Assembly (NCBI RefSeq): GCF_018350175.1
Contig: NC_058368.1
Coordinates: forward strand, 129,644,001 to 129,708,000
Reading direction: 5' to 3'
Source of the DNA: Felis catus
Taxonomy: Eukaryota
DNA: 64,000 bases
In this document: positions 47,086-60,962 of the stretch, in pieces
Layout: each line of letters starts with the position of its first letter
How positions within the stretch are numbered: the stretch's first letter is position 1
Position numbers and translations under genes: made by a program
The notes under the pieces: generated by a model
What the model saw: only the letters and a program-made list of their open reading frames with translations
Databases searched by the model: none
What the model was told of the DNA's origin: nothing

Positions 47086-48803
47086 CATGATATATGTCAA
47101 ATTTCTCTCCAAAATATATAGGTCAGTCAGAGAAGAGATAAGGAAAGAGACAAAATTAAATTCTCTTATGACTTGACTAAATGTCTGTGGAAGAAGACAG
47201 CCTCAGGAAGGTTATATCAGATAAACTCAATGGGTCCCTACCCATACTTAGGACTGGATGTTTATGTTCTCAGCATGACTTTGAAGTGATACGACCACAA
47301 GGTGCTGGCAGAAATGTAAGGATGTGGTGTAACTGAATTTGGGGTGGATGAGTTGCTTTGCTGGAATGGCCTGGTTTTTGGAGAGAAAAGTGCCATACTG
47401 TGATTTTGATAATAAAATTAGCATTTTAAAATCATTCTTTAATTTCCATTATAGTTTTTAATAAATTCAAGAAGTCTTCGCTTTTTATAATATGTCCTTG
47501 AAAACAGGGTCAGAAACAAAAAGGATGAAGCCAAACCCCCACCCCGTGTGTCTGCTGCACCACTCGAAGGGCAGCCCAGTGGCCCCTTGCCAAACTTGAC
47601 CAGCCCTAATGTCCCAGCTGCCTTCGCTCCTGTGTGCCATTCAGACACTCCACTGTAGCACTTTCAGCCTATAGGACAAAAGGAAAAACTTGAGGGTATT
47701 TTTATAAAATACAGTTATAAGATCAAGGGAACGGTTTTGAATGCATTTGCTTACTAACGGGAATTTTTACGAAAGGGAAATAAAAGAGAAATTAGTTCAA
47801 ATTTCCCTAGACAGATGTTTTAAAGAAATCTGAGCCTTCCAAAATGCCGCCAAAAAGCTCTTCTATTCTGAAAAAAAAAAAAGGAAAATTGTTGTTAGTT
47901 AAATGTTTAATGTGTATTATTACCAGTATATTAGTTTTAGAGCAAATTTACACCACATTGGAGTTACATTTTCATGTTCTATGAGTACATTTTATATATA
48001 ATTAGTGTCCCCAGTGTAAGCAAAGTAACAATACAATAGGCCCATTTTATAGAAGCTAGACAAAAATATTAATATTTTTTCAAATTTGTTTAGAAACTTA
48101 CACTGTCATATCTTTTCTTTAATAATATTGTCGGGTAGTTAGCCAAATATCCCTGACCAGGCGATGCAATCTTTAATTATTGCATTATTCCCATGAGAAT
48201 AATTATTGTCACTGAGAGCATGTGATGATTCAGTTTCCAAGAGTACATTGTGGCCAGAGTCTGCTGGCCTTGAGGATGACATTCCCACATGTTCAGGAAG
48301 GTCAAAACTAACTGAGTTACATCAGCTCTTTGTTGAAAGCATCCCACTAAAATCTGACAAATGTCAAAAAATAGAAGGCAGGGTGTTTTCCTATTTTTCC
48401 TATATAAAGTAGTATCATATTAACAGATCAGAACAAAACAGGAGAATACCATGTTGTTCAGAAGAAAAGTGTATTAAAAAATGCTATTCTTGACCAACTT
48501 AGGCCCTCACATGATAATATAGACAAGAACTTGGAATCCTTGGACTATAAGAAACAAGGAGGGAAGGGACACAAAATAACAAGAAACCTCATTTGTTGTT
48601 GGTTGATTATTGAATGACAATATTTGCTATAGTACTTGCTGTCTTTAGTAGTCTAACCACATATCCTGTTCCCTCATGGATCCATGTGATCCATCAAGAT
48701 CATGGCATTTTTTGCATTTGCTTTAGAGAGACCATACGTCAAGTAACACTTATTTACAAATCCCAAAACACTCAAATGTAGTAGTAAAAAATGAACATAT
48801 ATT

Positions 48804-49046
48804 GGGGCACCTGGGTGGCCCAGTCGGTTAAGTGTCTAACTTCAGTTCAGGTCACGATCTCACGGTTCATGAATTCAAGCTCCATGTCGGGCTCTGTGCT
48901 GACAGCTCAGAGCCTGGAACCTGCTTTGGATTCTGTGTCTCCCTCTTTCTCTGCCCTTCCCCTACTCATGCTCTGTCTCTCTGTCTCTGTCTCTGTCTCT
49001 CTCCCTCTCTCTGAAAGATAAATAAACATTAAGAAAAATCTTTTTG
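48804..49046 (+). mobile_element. Can-SINE
   Basis: TSD AAATGAACATATAT / AAATGAACTTATAT. Confidence 0.95.
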
Positions 49047-49870
49047 AAATGAACTTATATGACATACATTAAGATAACAGCTACTGACTTCCTCCTGCAA
49101 GAAAGCCAAGGTGCCACAAAGCCTGAGCTTTGCATGTGAGGACAGCAATAAGTAATTCTAAGTAGTTCTATACTCCCCGAGGAAAAGGATTACTTCACTT
49201 TCTGGAGAGGGGTTTATTTACACAGCATGAACAATCTGCTGAATTTTAATTCTGCCCTTTCTCAAAAATAAGTTTGAGCTCTGCTTTTCAAAACAACCCA
49301 AGAAATAACAGACTGAAGGGGCCTGAAATATGAAAACTTTTCAGACTGCTAGCAGGAATCTCAAATACTAATATTCCTCCTGAAATCAATCTCATACACT
49401 CTGAGCTCTTGACTGGGGGAGAAGGTCCATAAGGCTCTTCCTGAAGCTAAAATGTCTGTGGCCCCTCAAACTCGGCATGTGTTTGCCTCAAGCATGACAG
49501 TAACTCTCACCTTTTCATGGAAACAAAAGCCAAAGATGAATCCTGGGGACCCCCAGTGCTCCAGGAATGATTCAGCATTGATTATGAGCTCTGTGGAGAA
49601 ACCAAGATGAGCACAAGAAAACAAATAGGTGCAGGGTCAGAATTTAGGGTGACGGGACACTCAGAAATTGTTTTTTCTTTCTCGTTGCAGATTTCCCATT
49701 TTTGTTGTGATACGTGCTTCATTCACAAGATGTGTGACAATCCAGCAGCCACGCCTGTGTCTTAGTGTGGAGATCCAGAGACCAGCTGCTCGCTTGGAAG
49801 GGCTATGAAAAATGGCGTCTTTCATTACTGAGGTTTCCCAGAGGTCCGTACTCACTCCTGTGATTTTCTT

Positions 49871-50070
49871 TCTTTTTTTTTTTAAGTTTGTTTATTTATT
49901 TTGAGAGAGAGAGAGGGAGGGGCAGAGAGAGAGGGAGAGAGAGAATCCCAAGCAGGCTCCGCACTGTCAGCGCAAAGCCCCACACAGGGGTCGATCCCAC
50001 AAACTATGAGATCATGACCTGAGCCAAAATCAAGAGTTGGACCCCTACTGGACTGAGCCACCAGGAACCC
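49871..50070 (-). mobile_element. Can-SINE
   Basis: TSD TGTGATTTTCTT / TGTGACTTTCTT. Confidence 0.93.
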
Positions 50071-50089
50071 TGTGACTTTCTTACACAAC

Positions 50090-51050
50090 ATATTCTCCTT
50101 TGGTAATATCCATTCCCCCTGAGTAATCTTACCCGCAGTTTTAATTATTAACTATATTCAGCCAACTCTCCAACCACCATATCTTCCCACGGAGCCCCAC
50201 TTCCAGATATCCAACCTCCTGATGGACATCTGCCCTGTTGTTCTACAGGCCTCTTTCACTCAGCAAGGACCCCATCATCCATCAGTGAGCAGCACCTCCA
50301 TCCAGCAAAGCACCTAAACCAGACCCCTGAATACCATCTTTGACTCTCTCTTCCTCACCTCCAATTCATGACCCAGGTCTCACAATTTCACCCTCAATTT
50401 CTCTTGACCTCATCCACTCCTCTCCATCTCTATGGCCACCATCTTGGGCAAGGAGGCCACCATCACTTGAAACCTGCATTACATCACAGGCTTCTTAGAA
50501 GTCTTAGAAGTGGACTTCTGAGCATTTTTTAAATCTCAAATCTGATTTTTCTTACCCTCCTGCTCAAAACCTCTTCCTCATTGCCCTTAGTCTAAAGCCA
50601 AATGCTTCACTGTGGCATAAAAGGCACTTCTTGAACTAGCCCCTATTTATTACTCTAATGTGATCCTTGTAATCTGTAATCTAGACATTCTGGGCTATAT
50701 GAAATTCCAGTCTCTCTTCTTTCTAGGGCTTTCTGACATGTTTTGGCCTCAGTCTAGAAGGCCTGCCCCCTCCACTCCCTAGGCACACATCTGTATAGCT
50801 GGCTAGATCTGTGTATCTTCAGGTCTCAGTTTATATGTCACCTCTTCTGGGGAAACCTCTTTTCCGTCTACACTGCTTAAGTGACCCACAGTTTTACATG
50901 GCAGAATACTTGAGCCACTATATTTCAGTTGCCTGTTAATTTCTTTCTTCTCCCGCTAGATTACAAATTCCTTGAAGAATGGGATTTAGCCTTCTTCACA
51001 CTTATGACCTAGCACCTAGCTCAATGCCTGACACCTGGTGAGGGTGTGAT
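50090..51050 (+). mobile_element. L2 LINE 3' region
   Basis: C/T-rich; CATCTTTGACTCTCTCTTCC..CTGCTCAAAACC..CCTAGCACCTAGC..TGCCTGACAC. Confidence 0.75.
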
Positions 51051-51737
51051 CACCGAAGAAAAATTTATTTCTTCCATAGTTTTATTTTTATTTTATTTTT
51101 TTAGGTTTTGGCAGCTATGATTGAAAGTTAGAAGATAACATAAATGAAACAGCAAATAAGTAAAAAGTTCAGATGTATGAGACCTGCCTGCACTCATACA
51201 AATACAGTCATATTTTCTGCAAGTAAATTTTTTCCTATTCATTGTGAGGGAATTCAGTACATCATTATTTCATAGTGTTAGAAATGGAAAACCTTGACTT
51301 TCAGGCAGAAAACACCCGAAGGAGTCGGATAGCATCTCTCTTAAAAGTCATCACGTTCCTGGGCTATTTAGGCATGCAAGATTCTTCATTAGTTACTCTC
51401 TCATTAGTGCCAGAAACCTAACTCAATTAGGAAAACAAAAACAGGTGATTAGCTCATGGAATCCAAGAAAGGATTGAATCACGAACCCACAAAAAGGATA
51501 GCCATGTTACTAAGTCTGAGGAAGGACCCAAAACCAAGACTCAAAGGCTGCTAGCCCTTTCTGTGACTCTGCAACTCCTATTCTCTGCAAAACAGCTCCT
51601 ACTCTCTCACCGGCTCTCTGCATATGGTGGCAAAACTGGGCTGGTCTACTTTGGATGTCACTTAAAGGCTGCCATAAAAATCATGTTTAAATTTTTTTTT
51701 ATCAATAGAAAATCTGTTTAAGAATTTTTAAAAATTA

Positions 51738-51970
51738 GGGGCACCAGGGTGACTCAGGGGGTTGAGCGTCTGACTCTTGATTTCCACTCAGGTCATGATC
51801 TCACAGTTTGTGAGTTCAAGTCCCATGTCGGGCTTTGTGCTGACAGCATGGAGCCGGCTTAGGATTCTCTGGCTCCCTCTCTCTCTGCCCTTCTCCCATT
51901 CTCTTTCTCTCTCTCTCTCTCTCTCGCTCTCTCTCTCTCTCAAAAATAAAAAAATAAACATTAAAAAAAT
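51738..51970 (+). mobile_element. Can-SINE
   Basis: TSD AATTTTTAAAAATTA at 51723-51737 and 51971-51985. Confidence 0.93.
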
Positions 51971-52057
51971 AATTTTTAAAAATTAAACATTACCTATAAT
52001 TCCATCATTAATCACTAATATTTTGATATTTTAGTTTTTGCTGCATGTGTGAATGTA

Positions 52058-52277
52058 TTTTTTTTATTTTTTTAACTTTTATTTATTATTGAGAGACAGA
52101 GAGAGACAGAGCATGAGCATGGGAGGGGCAGAGAGAGGAGGAGACACAGAATCCCAAGCAGGCTCCAGACCCTGAGCTGTCTGCACAGAGCCCGATGCGG
52201 GACCGAACTAACAAACCGCAAGATCATGACCTGAGCCAAAGTCAGATGCTTAACCGGCTGAGCCACTCAGACACCCC
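52058..52277 (-). mobile_element. Can-SINE
   Basis: Full antisense body with T-rich flanks. Confidence 0.93.
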
Positions 52278-52723
52278 TTTTTTATTTTTATGAAGTGATA
52301 TTCATACCTTACAGTTTTCTATCCCAGGTTTTTTTTCATTTTACAATTTATTATGAGCCTGTTTCCCAAAATCATTGAAAATACCATTTTTAATGGTAGC
52401 ATATTAGTCTATGATATGCCATAATTCCTATAACCATTCTTTTATTGTTGGACATGTAGATTACTTATTATAAAGTATTTTTAATTATAAATATGTCCCA
52501 AATAGATTCATGCAAAGCTTAATAGTAAACACACCTAATCACCTCTCAGAGAGATGTACAGGCTCTCCACTATCACTGAGAAAATGTCTATTTTTTCTAC
52601 CCAAGTAGCCTTCAAAATGAAATAAAATCTAAATCATCAGAAGGAATGTACCCAAATGCGTCCAATTAATAAACATATCCAATTCCTATTTTCAAACTGT
52701 CTCGTATATTGAAAAACTGTTCA

Positions 52724-52953
52724 GGGGCACCTGGGTGGCTCAGTTGGTTAAGTGTCCGACTTTGGCTCAGGTCATGATCTCATGGTTTGTGGGTTCAAGC
52801 CCCGTGTCGGCCTCTGTACTGACAACTTGGAGCCTGGAGCTTGCTTGCTTCAGATTCTGTGTCTCCTCTCTGTCCCTCCCCCGCTCATGCTCTTTCTCTC
52901 TCTCTCTCTGTCAAAAATAAATAAAACATCAAAAAAAATTTTTTTAAAGGAAA
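52724..52953 (+). mobile_element. Can-SINE
   Basis: TSD GAAAAACTGTTCA at 52711-52723 and 52954-52966. Confidence 0.95.
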
Positions 52954-53804
52954 GAAAAACTGTTCAAGTTCCTTGCCTCCCTTCAATCTTTTGGGAATCC
53001 TATATCTTGCTGAAAAGCATTTGTAGAATTAGAAAGAGGAGATGTAACTCATATATGTGTTGCTATTTGTTGTTTCCATGGGGCTGAAGGCTCATCATCC
53101 CCACCTTTGTTTCTGAGCTACTAATCCAAATTCTCCTGGGCCGTTTAAATAGGAAATGCATCCCTAGAAAGAGGCAGGCTTGCAGCAGCTAGAATTAATG
53201 AACATGATTTGGTGAGAACACCGCAGGAGTTTCACTCACCACACCTGGGTGCAAATCCAGACGCTGGCGTTTTGGGGAGCATGTCTTTGGGTAATTCAAA
53301 AGGGGTGAGTCAATTAGCTATCCTTGAGATGGAGAAGGGGACAAGTTAACATTTGTCAAGTCTAGATGCTTCATGTAAGTTATTTCATTTAACTCTCGCT
53401 AAAAAAATTGTTCCTTTTAAAGATTAGAAAACCGGCTCACACTGGTTTAAAGTAATTGCACTGACTGGTAAAGGAAGCAAGCCAGGATTCGATTCCAAAT
53501 CTGTCTAACCCTTAAAGCTCATGTTTTCCCCCATCTATGACATGTTGCTTCCCTGACTAACTTGGATGGGGGTGGGAGGGGGCAGGGAATTGTGGTTTTA
53601 AATGTCTTCTCCAGCATAGTGAGCACACCTATCTCTCCCATAGTTCTCGTATTATATCTACTATATAGTGAGATATGTGGGATTGAGGGTTGGGACCAAG
53701 GCCAGGACTGGGGGAAACAACTGAAGAACTCACCTCAGGCCCAAAATTTAAGGAAACACAAAATATCAGTAATGAAGATAAATAATATTATAGCACAATA
53801 TTTT

Positions 53805-54416
53805 ATTTTTTTTATTTTTTATTTTTTAATTTTTTTAATATAATTTATTGTCAAATTGGCTTCCATACTACACCAAGTGCTCATCCTAACAATTGCCCTC
53901 CTCAATGCCCATCACCCATGTTCCCCTCTCCCCCACCCCCCATCAACCCTCAGTTTGGTCTCTGTACTTAAGAGTCTCTTAGAGTTCGCCTCCCTCCCTC
54001 TCTGTTAACTACGTTTTTCCCCCATCCCTTCCCCCCATGGTCTTGTGTTAAGTTTCTCAAGATCCCCATATGAGTGAAGCCATATGATATCTGTCTTTCT
54101 CTAACTTATTTCACTCAGCATAATACCTTCTGCTTCTACCCACATTGCTGCAAATGGCAGGATTTCATTCTTTCTCATTGCCAAGTAGTATTCCATTGTA
54201 TATATAAACCACAACTTCTTTATCCATTCATCAGTTGACGGACACTTGGGCTCTTTCCATCATTTGGCTATTGTTGAGAGTGCTGCTATAAACATTGGGG
54301 TACAAGTGCCCCTATGCATCAGTATTCCTGTATCCCTTGGGCAAATTCCTAGCAGTGCTATTGCTGGGTCATAGGGTAGATCTATTTTTAATTTTTTGAG
54401 GAAACTCCACACTGAG
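53805..54416 (-). mobile_element. Carnivore/felid L1 3' end, 5'-truncated
   Basis: T-rich tail; TSD TAGCACAATATTTT (53791-53804) / TAACACAATATTTT (54417-54430). Confidence 0.93.
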
Positions 54417-55536
54417 TAACACAATATTTTGAAGAATCTAAATTAATACAAAACATCGATGTTGAACAGAATAACAAAATTTTCAATAAAAACAAGAGCT
54501 GACAGTGCTATTATGCCAAGCCATTTTGGAGCCCAGAGCAAAAGGAAAAATGTGCCTGCCAGAATGCATGTTTTTGTGTATGTTTTAATGTTAAATTACA
54601 GTAAGAACTATGTAAGTACACCTTGTACACATACAAGTTTTTTTCAGAACATTAGTTAAGAAATATTGAAAAGTTGAAAAGTAGACATATTAAAAATTTT
54701 CAGTATTTTAAGTTTATATTTTATTTATACCAAAAATAGAATTAATGATAATTTTCCTTTCCTGGCTTTAATGGAAGCCAACTCATTGGTGATATTTTCA
54801 TTAAAGACATTAACCAGTTTTTAAAATGCATAAAACAATGTATACAGTTACACACAGTATATGGCGTATATACCTTTTGCCTCCAGCTCTGATGTTGCTC
54901 AGCACAGCCACGAGTTAATCAAGCAGCCTCAAACACTTGAAGGGCTCTGTAAATGGGAACAGGACGTCCAGTAATATATTATACTTCAGCTCTCCTATCA
55001 CAGCTGCTTTGGGGGGTAGCCTCTCCTTTCATAGAAAAATATCACTCTCGGGCCGACTTTAGGATAATATCTTCAAGGCCAATCGAGATAAGCTGTGCTC
55101 TCCCACCACCAGGCACCAATCAACGTCATGTGTGTGCTGACACTCCAGGCCTTCCTTGTGGGTTTTCAAGCTTAGCTTCCTGCTAAATATCTGAATTAAT
55201 GGTCTCCTAAATACCTGAAAATTGAGATTTTTGTATGCCTTTTCTAGAGCACATTCTTTTCACAAATATTTATTGAGAACCAGATCCCTGTTAAATAAAG
55301 CAAATCATGCCTGAGTTTGTAGGTGGTGTTATCCAACCTTATGTTTTTAGAATCCCAATTAATTGTATGTTTCATTGTCTATTTTATCATTAAAAAGGCA
55401 TGTATGAAGCATCTTTTATTACAATTAGAGCTACTTAGTAATTTATACCTTTATGATTTCACTTACATCTGACATGAATGTCCTATGAAGTAGGTAGATA
55501 CTATCTTTTATAAGAAATTATTTTATAAGCTTATGT

Positions 55537-55750
55537 ATTTATTTTTTTTAATGTTTATTTATTTTTGAGACAGTGAGAGACAGAACGTGAGCAGGGGAGG
55601 GGCAGAGAGAGAGGGAGACAGAATCCAAAGCAGTCTGCAGGCTCTGAGCTGTCAGCGCAGAGCCCAATGTGGGGCTCGAACTCACGAACCGCGAGATCAT
55701 GACCTGAGCCGAAGTCGGATGCTCAACCGACTGAGCCATCCAGGCACCCC
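55537..55750 (-). mobile_element. Can-SINE
   Basis: TSD TATAAGCTTATGT at 55524-55536 and 55751-55763. Confidence 0.95.
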
Positions 55751-56384
55751 TATAAGCTTATGTTTTTAAAGCTGGAGTTTATCTAGTGACCAGCCCTCTG
55801 GTTTTCAGATGAGGAAGTCAAGCCTCAGAGTGGTGAGGGCTCTCATACTTGGTCAACTAGCTAGTACAGGGCAGAACTGAAATTACACTCATATCTTTGA
55901 TTCTAAGTCTTATGCCTTTTATACCCCTCCCAGTTGCCTCTTCTAACAACTATGAAGCCTAATAGCATAAGACTGCAGAGAGGCAGGTGTAGACAAATAA
56001 AGCAGGAATGGAAGGCTGAATATGAGGACTAAAATTACTAAACCAATGTAAAATGATGTACCAAGGGAGAGGTGAATATTCTGCAATACAGATTTATGAG
56101 GAGTTACAGGGTTACTCAGCCTTTATCACAGCTGCCGAGCTCCGGAGGGTGAAGGCCTGTGGGAATGGGAAGATGGGTAGATACCACGTGACAGGGGTAG
56201 AAGGGTGGTCAGCATAAGCAGAGGTCAACACTTGGCCAACTTGACAGAAAGCTGAGTCACAAATCTGGCCATATCAGAGTCAAGAGACAGACTGATGCCC
56301 AAGGTAGATGCCATTGGAAAGACCTAAGAAAACCAGAAATAAAACATACCACATGATTTCTTTTAAAAAAGTATTGGGAGGAAA

Positions 56385-56520
56385 AGATCAAAATGTTATG
56401 GAGATGATCGCTAGTAACGGCTGCACAGCAATGTGAATGTATTTAATACCACTGAACTGTATGCTCAGATTTGGTTAAAATTATAGATTTTATTATATGT
56501 ATATTTTACCACAATTTGAA
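56385..56520 (+). mobile_element. L1M 3' terminal fragment
   Basis: GCACAGCAATGTGAATGTATTTAATACCACTGAACTGTA..ATTTTACCACAAT. Confidence 0.75.
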
Positions 56521-56607
56521 AACATCATGATGTAATTCAGGTTTACCTTGTTCTCTCCACCCCAGAGGCAAATCCTTCTAGGTCAAAAAGAGTCAGAATA
56601 TGTTAAA

Positions 56608-57260
56608 GCAATGGTTGGGGGAGCAACCGGAAATATACTGCCCTAAGAGAACATTTTGGAATTTTGTGGATGTTTTGGTTTGCACAACTGGCCAGGACTT
56701 TGGGATTAGAGAAATCCAATGATACGTGCGTCAGTCAGGCAAACCAAGAGCTTTCTCCTATCAGAGACAAGCTTTGAATGTCACTCCTATGTCTGAGAAC
56801 CATGTGTACAATGACATCAGACTAATTTTATTTTTTATACATAAAACACAGTCTTTTTTAATAGCTTTAAATGCACCATGTTTTCTAGGAATGCCATTAC
56901 TATATAAATGCAGGGAAGATAGGGTGTGTGTCACTTAATAACTTCACCCAGCACTTCGTACCATTTTGGAAAATCACATCACCAATGGTGATGCCACATG
57001 TGGTATTTGAGTCATTAACACATTCCAGTGTCAGTCTGCATTTCTAGTTGTCACAGTTATGATTATTCCATGTGTACGTGCAAGAATCTGGCTAAAATGC
57101 TTATTTCTTTATTATAAATAACTTTCTTAAGTTCACCTTTATGTTACATTAACATCACCATCTTTTAAAATTATGTATGGGATTAGGTTATGTTATCTAT
57201 TTGTTTTGTTTTAGAATAGAAAATATTTGCAACAGGAAAGGGGTTGGGACTCTTGAGATG
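56608..57260. mobile_element. MER20B-like hAT-Charlie DNA transposon
   Basis: GGAAAATCACATCACCAATGG..GTGGTATTTGAGTC..CAGTCTGCATTT matches recalled MER20B internal sequence. Confidence 0.6.
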
Positions 57261-57996
57261 TATCTACCTCCAGCCAAGATTTTTTGGAGTTCACAACTCT
57301 GGGTGATTTTCCAAACACTTTGGGGGAATCCATGCATTCTATTGTCTGGACAGAGACCACGCCTTTATCCCTGGCCTGCTACATCCCTTATGTGCTAGTA
57401 TCAAGAATCTAGCCTTGTCCAGACAAGCCAGAAATATCTCTCCCCAATACTCCATAGCATCTTCGGTAGGGAAGAAGTATTTCAGCTATTTGAGTACTGG
57501 AGTTCTGACAGGGGCACCTAGCACAGAGTATATTTGTTAAGAGTTCTGAGGAAGAGGCAATGGTCAGTCAAAAAAGGGGAGTCTAAAATATGTATTCTAA
57601 CCCCAAGCGTTACTTCTAAGTTGAGCAAAACATTTTTTAAATGTATGTACCGGATTCATTGTATACAATCAAAAGGAAGTTGGACTTAATTAGGTTGTGA
57701 TTATTCACAAGGCTGATCAATTCCTAGATCATTTTGGAGAGTCGATCACATTTTTATGCTCCTTGGGGAGACATTGATAAAGTCATTAAATCAAAGTAAT
57801 CCCATTAGGAAATCTGATCTCTGTCCTCCCCCAGAATAGAGGGTGACTCAACTCAAAAATAGTTTTCATCCTACTTCCTTTCTAATAACCATACCAATTT
57901 TCTGTATAATTAATTTTTCTCCAATATGCATTTATGTCCATTTGTTTTCATACCTGAGAATTAGAGAACAGTATGTATTTCTTTCAGAGTACTTTT

Positions 57997-58391
57997 TAAA
58001 AGTTTTTTTATTTTAATTCTAGTACAGTTAACATATAGTGTTCTATTACTTTCAAGTGTATAATATAGTGATTCAAAAATTCTATGCATTGCTCAGTGCT
58101 CATCATGATAAGTGTGCTCTTTAATCCTCATCACCTATTTACCCCATCCCCCCACCCACCTCCCCTCTGGGAACCATTAGTTTGTAGTCTGTAGTTAAGA
58201 GTCTGTTTCTTGGTCTCTCTCTCCCTCTCTCTCTGTCCTCCATTGTTTTTTCTTAAATTCCATATATGAGTGAAATCATAGTATTTGTATTTCTCTGACA
58301 CTTCACTTTGCATTATAGTTTCTAGATCTATCCATGTTGTTGCAAATGGCAAGATTTTATGTGTTTTATGGCTGGATAACATTCCATTGTG

Positions 58392-58444
<53 letters not shown>

Positions 58445-58789
58445 GTATATATATATATACATATATATATATACACCACATCCTCTTTATCCATTCATGT
58501 GTTCATGGACACTTGGGGATGCTTCCATAATTTGGTTATTGTAAATAATGCTACAACAAACATAGGGGTGCACGTATCCTTTAGAATTAGTGTTTTTATA
58601 TCCTTTGGGTAAATACCTAGTAGTGCAATTGCTGGATCATAAGGTAGTTCTAGTTTTAGATTTTTGAGGAACCTCCATACTGTTCTCCACAGTGGCTGCA
58701 TCAGTTTGTATTCCCACCATCAGTGCGTGAGGGTCGTTTTTCTTCACATCCTTGCCAACACTTGTTTCCTGTGTTTTTGATTTTAGCCA
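57997..58789 (-). mobile_element. Carnivore L1 3' end with internal (TA)n at ~58392-58473
   Basis: TSD TTCTTTCAGAGTACTTTT / TTCTTTCAGAGCACTTTT; ORF2 C-terminal [32 protein letters not shown]. Confidence 0.95.
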
Positions 58790-59464
58790 TTCTTTCAGAG
58801 CACTTTTAAAACAACTGTTCTTTGTACAACCATTTTATAAAAACACAGCGTGCCCAAACTTGATTTCATGATCTAAATTGGGCTATGAAAAAACCAAAGG
58901 TTAATTAGTAAATTTAAATTCAAACTACTTTAATGCTACATTTATAGTAATAAAAAATTAGACATAGCCCAAATGTCCACGGCAGGAACACAGTTCAGTA
59001 AAATACAGCACATTCAAAAATGTAATGCCATGCAGTCTCCAAAATGATCTTACAGAATTATTAATATTATTGAAAAATGTGCAAGATATGGTCATGAGAA
59101 TATTACTCAAGTTCCTTGGAGAATATGGTCTTACGTATATGTGTACATATATACACATACATACTAGGGGGAAAAGCTGTAGGTACATACAACAAAATAT
59201 TACAAGTCATTTTAAGATTGTATTTGGGTAACAATTTTTTTTGCTTGTCTGTATTTTCTAAATCTTCTGCATCTATATTAACTTTGCAGTAAAAGTGGTA
59301 AGCCCTATCAAAATATATAAATACTTTTAACTTTTATTGACAAGGAATATTTTCTCTGAGGCCACCATATTTTTCATAAGGCTACCATGAAGTAATCAAC
59401 TACACAGAACAGGAAAGCGTAAGAAGTAAGCTCAGTTTCTTTATTAGCTGCCCTTGGCAATCAT

Positions 59465-59993
59465 TATCTGAACTCATCACCCCTCAGACTCCAAACTAGC
59501 TCTTCTCATGAGTGAGAAGGATCCCTTTCTCAGGATCCCTTTCTCATGAGTGCCATCACCCCTAGCTGCTCAAGTAAGAATTTGTCTCCTTTCCTCCCAA
59601 ATCTTGGAAAGCCCTTCTGTTCGATGCTTTCTCCATAATTGCTCCCAATTCTAATCCTTTCCTTTCCCATTCCTACCACCCACCCACCTGCCCTGTAACG
59701 GCAGCAAGTCTCCCTGCCTCCATTCTTGTCCTGACCCAGACTTTCCACATTGCTGTGCTTTTTCAGATTCTCATCTGGTCATGTCACTCCCTGCTTACTC
59801 TCTCCATGGCTTCCACCTCCTTCAGGTGAAGGGATATAGAAAGCCCTTCAAATTTGGCCCTCACTTACCTCTCCAGACTCACATCTCATGGCTCCTCTTT
59901 TTCTTTTTTTAAAGTTATTTATTATTTCTTTATGTATTTATGTATTTATTTATTTATTTTTGAGAAAGAGAGAGAGAGGAGACAGAGCATGGG

Positions 59994-60035
<42 letters not shown>

Positions 60036-60330
60036 CCCAAGCAGGCCCCACGCTGTCAATGGAGAGGCTGACATGGGCTTTGAACCCACAAACTGTAAGA
60101 TCATAACCTGAGCCAAAATAGAGAGTTGGATACTTAACCGACTGAGCCCCCCAGGCACCCCTATCCTGGCTGCTCTTAGCACTCCCTGTTATAATGAGTT
60201 GATGGCTATCCTTCCAATATGCCATGCCCTCACACAGCTCTCTTCCTTCGAATACGTGTGCTCTTGCTTGGACCACCTTTTCCAGTCCCTTTCGGTCTGT
60301 CACTCTTCAGTCTTTCAAAGTGCACAACTA
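59465..60330 (+). mobile_element. L2 LINE fragment, interrupted by a SINE
   Basis: CTGAACTCATCA..TAGCTGCTCAAG..CATGTCACTCCCTGCTTA..CTCCATGGCTTCC. Confidence 0.6.
59900..60161 (-). mobile_element. Can-SINE with long (GA)n
   Basis: Imperfect TSD TCATGGCTCCTCTT / TCCTGGCTGCTCTT. Confidence 0.92.
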
Positions 60331-60962
60331 TCCTTTCCTACCCTGTGAAGCACTTGCCGGCCACAAGCGCATCTCTTGTACCGGAAATGACAGGCTGTGG
60401 ATTCAAACCGACCTGTGAAGACTGTGTGCTTTGGGCCAGGTGTTTTAACCACAAAGACTCGGCTTCCTCATCAATGAATGAGGATAAAACGGCAACCTTG
60501 TGAGGCTGCTCTGAAATCAAATATGACCATATAAATGAAGGGCGGATAAGTTCCCTCCAGTTTCTACCTAATTTTCTTTATATTCAGCTTTGGGTGTTTC
60601 TTTTTTTCTTTTGTTTTTCTGTCCCATCAGGGTCCTCTCTGGCATGCTGTCGGTCGCATGGGGCTGTCTGTACTGGTTTGGGAGTGAGGGCAGGGGCTGA
60701 GGTGGGACCTCCAGAGCTGCCCAGTATTCCTGGTCCCCGGATCTTTCTCACAGCCTGGGATAGTGGTAAGGCCCTTGTGGTTCTGCCTCCTGGAATCCCT
60801 CCCTCCCACCACCCTGCAGAAATCCTGTCACCTGAGCTTACAATTGCCTAAGGTGAATTTCTTCGCAGGGAATGCGTATCAGCCTCCTCACCGTTTTCCC
60901 CTTTATATTCTGTGCTCACTTTTCTGTTGGGTCTTTGTGTTTTCTTATATTGATGTGAAGAG

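Noticed and set aside
60631..60765. 135-nt candidate exon (CCCATCAG| ... |GTAAGG) with one open frame
   Set aside because: Peptide unrecognised, no partner exons, flanked by repeats; such signals arise often by chance.
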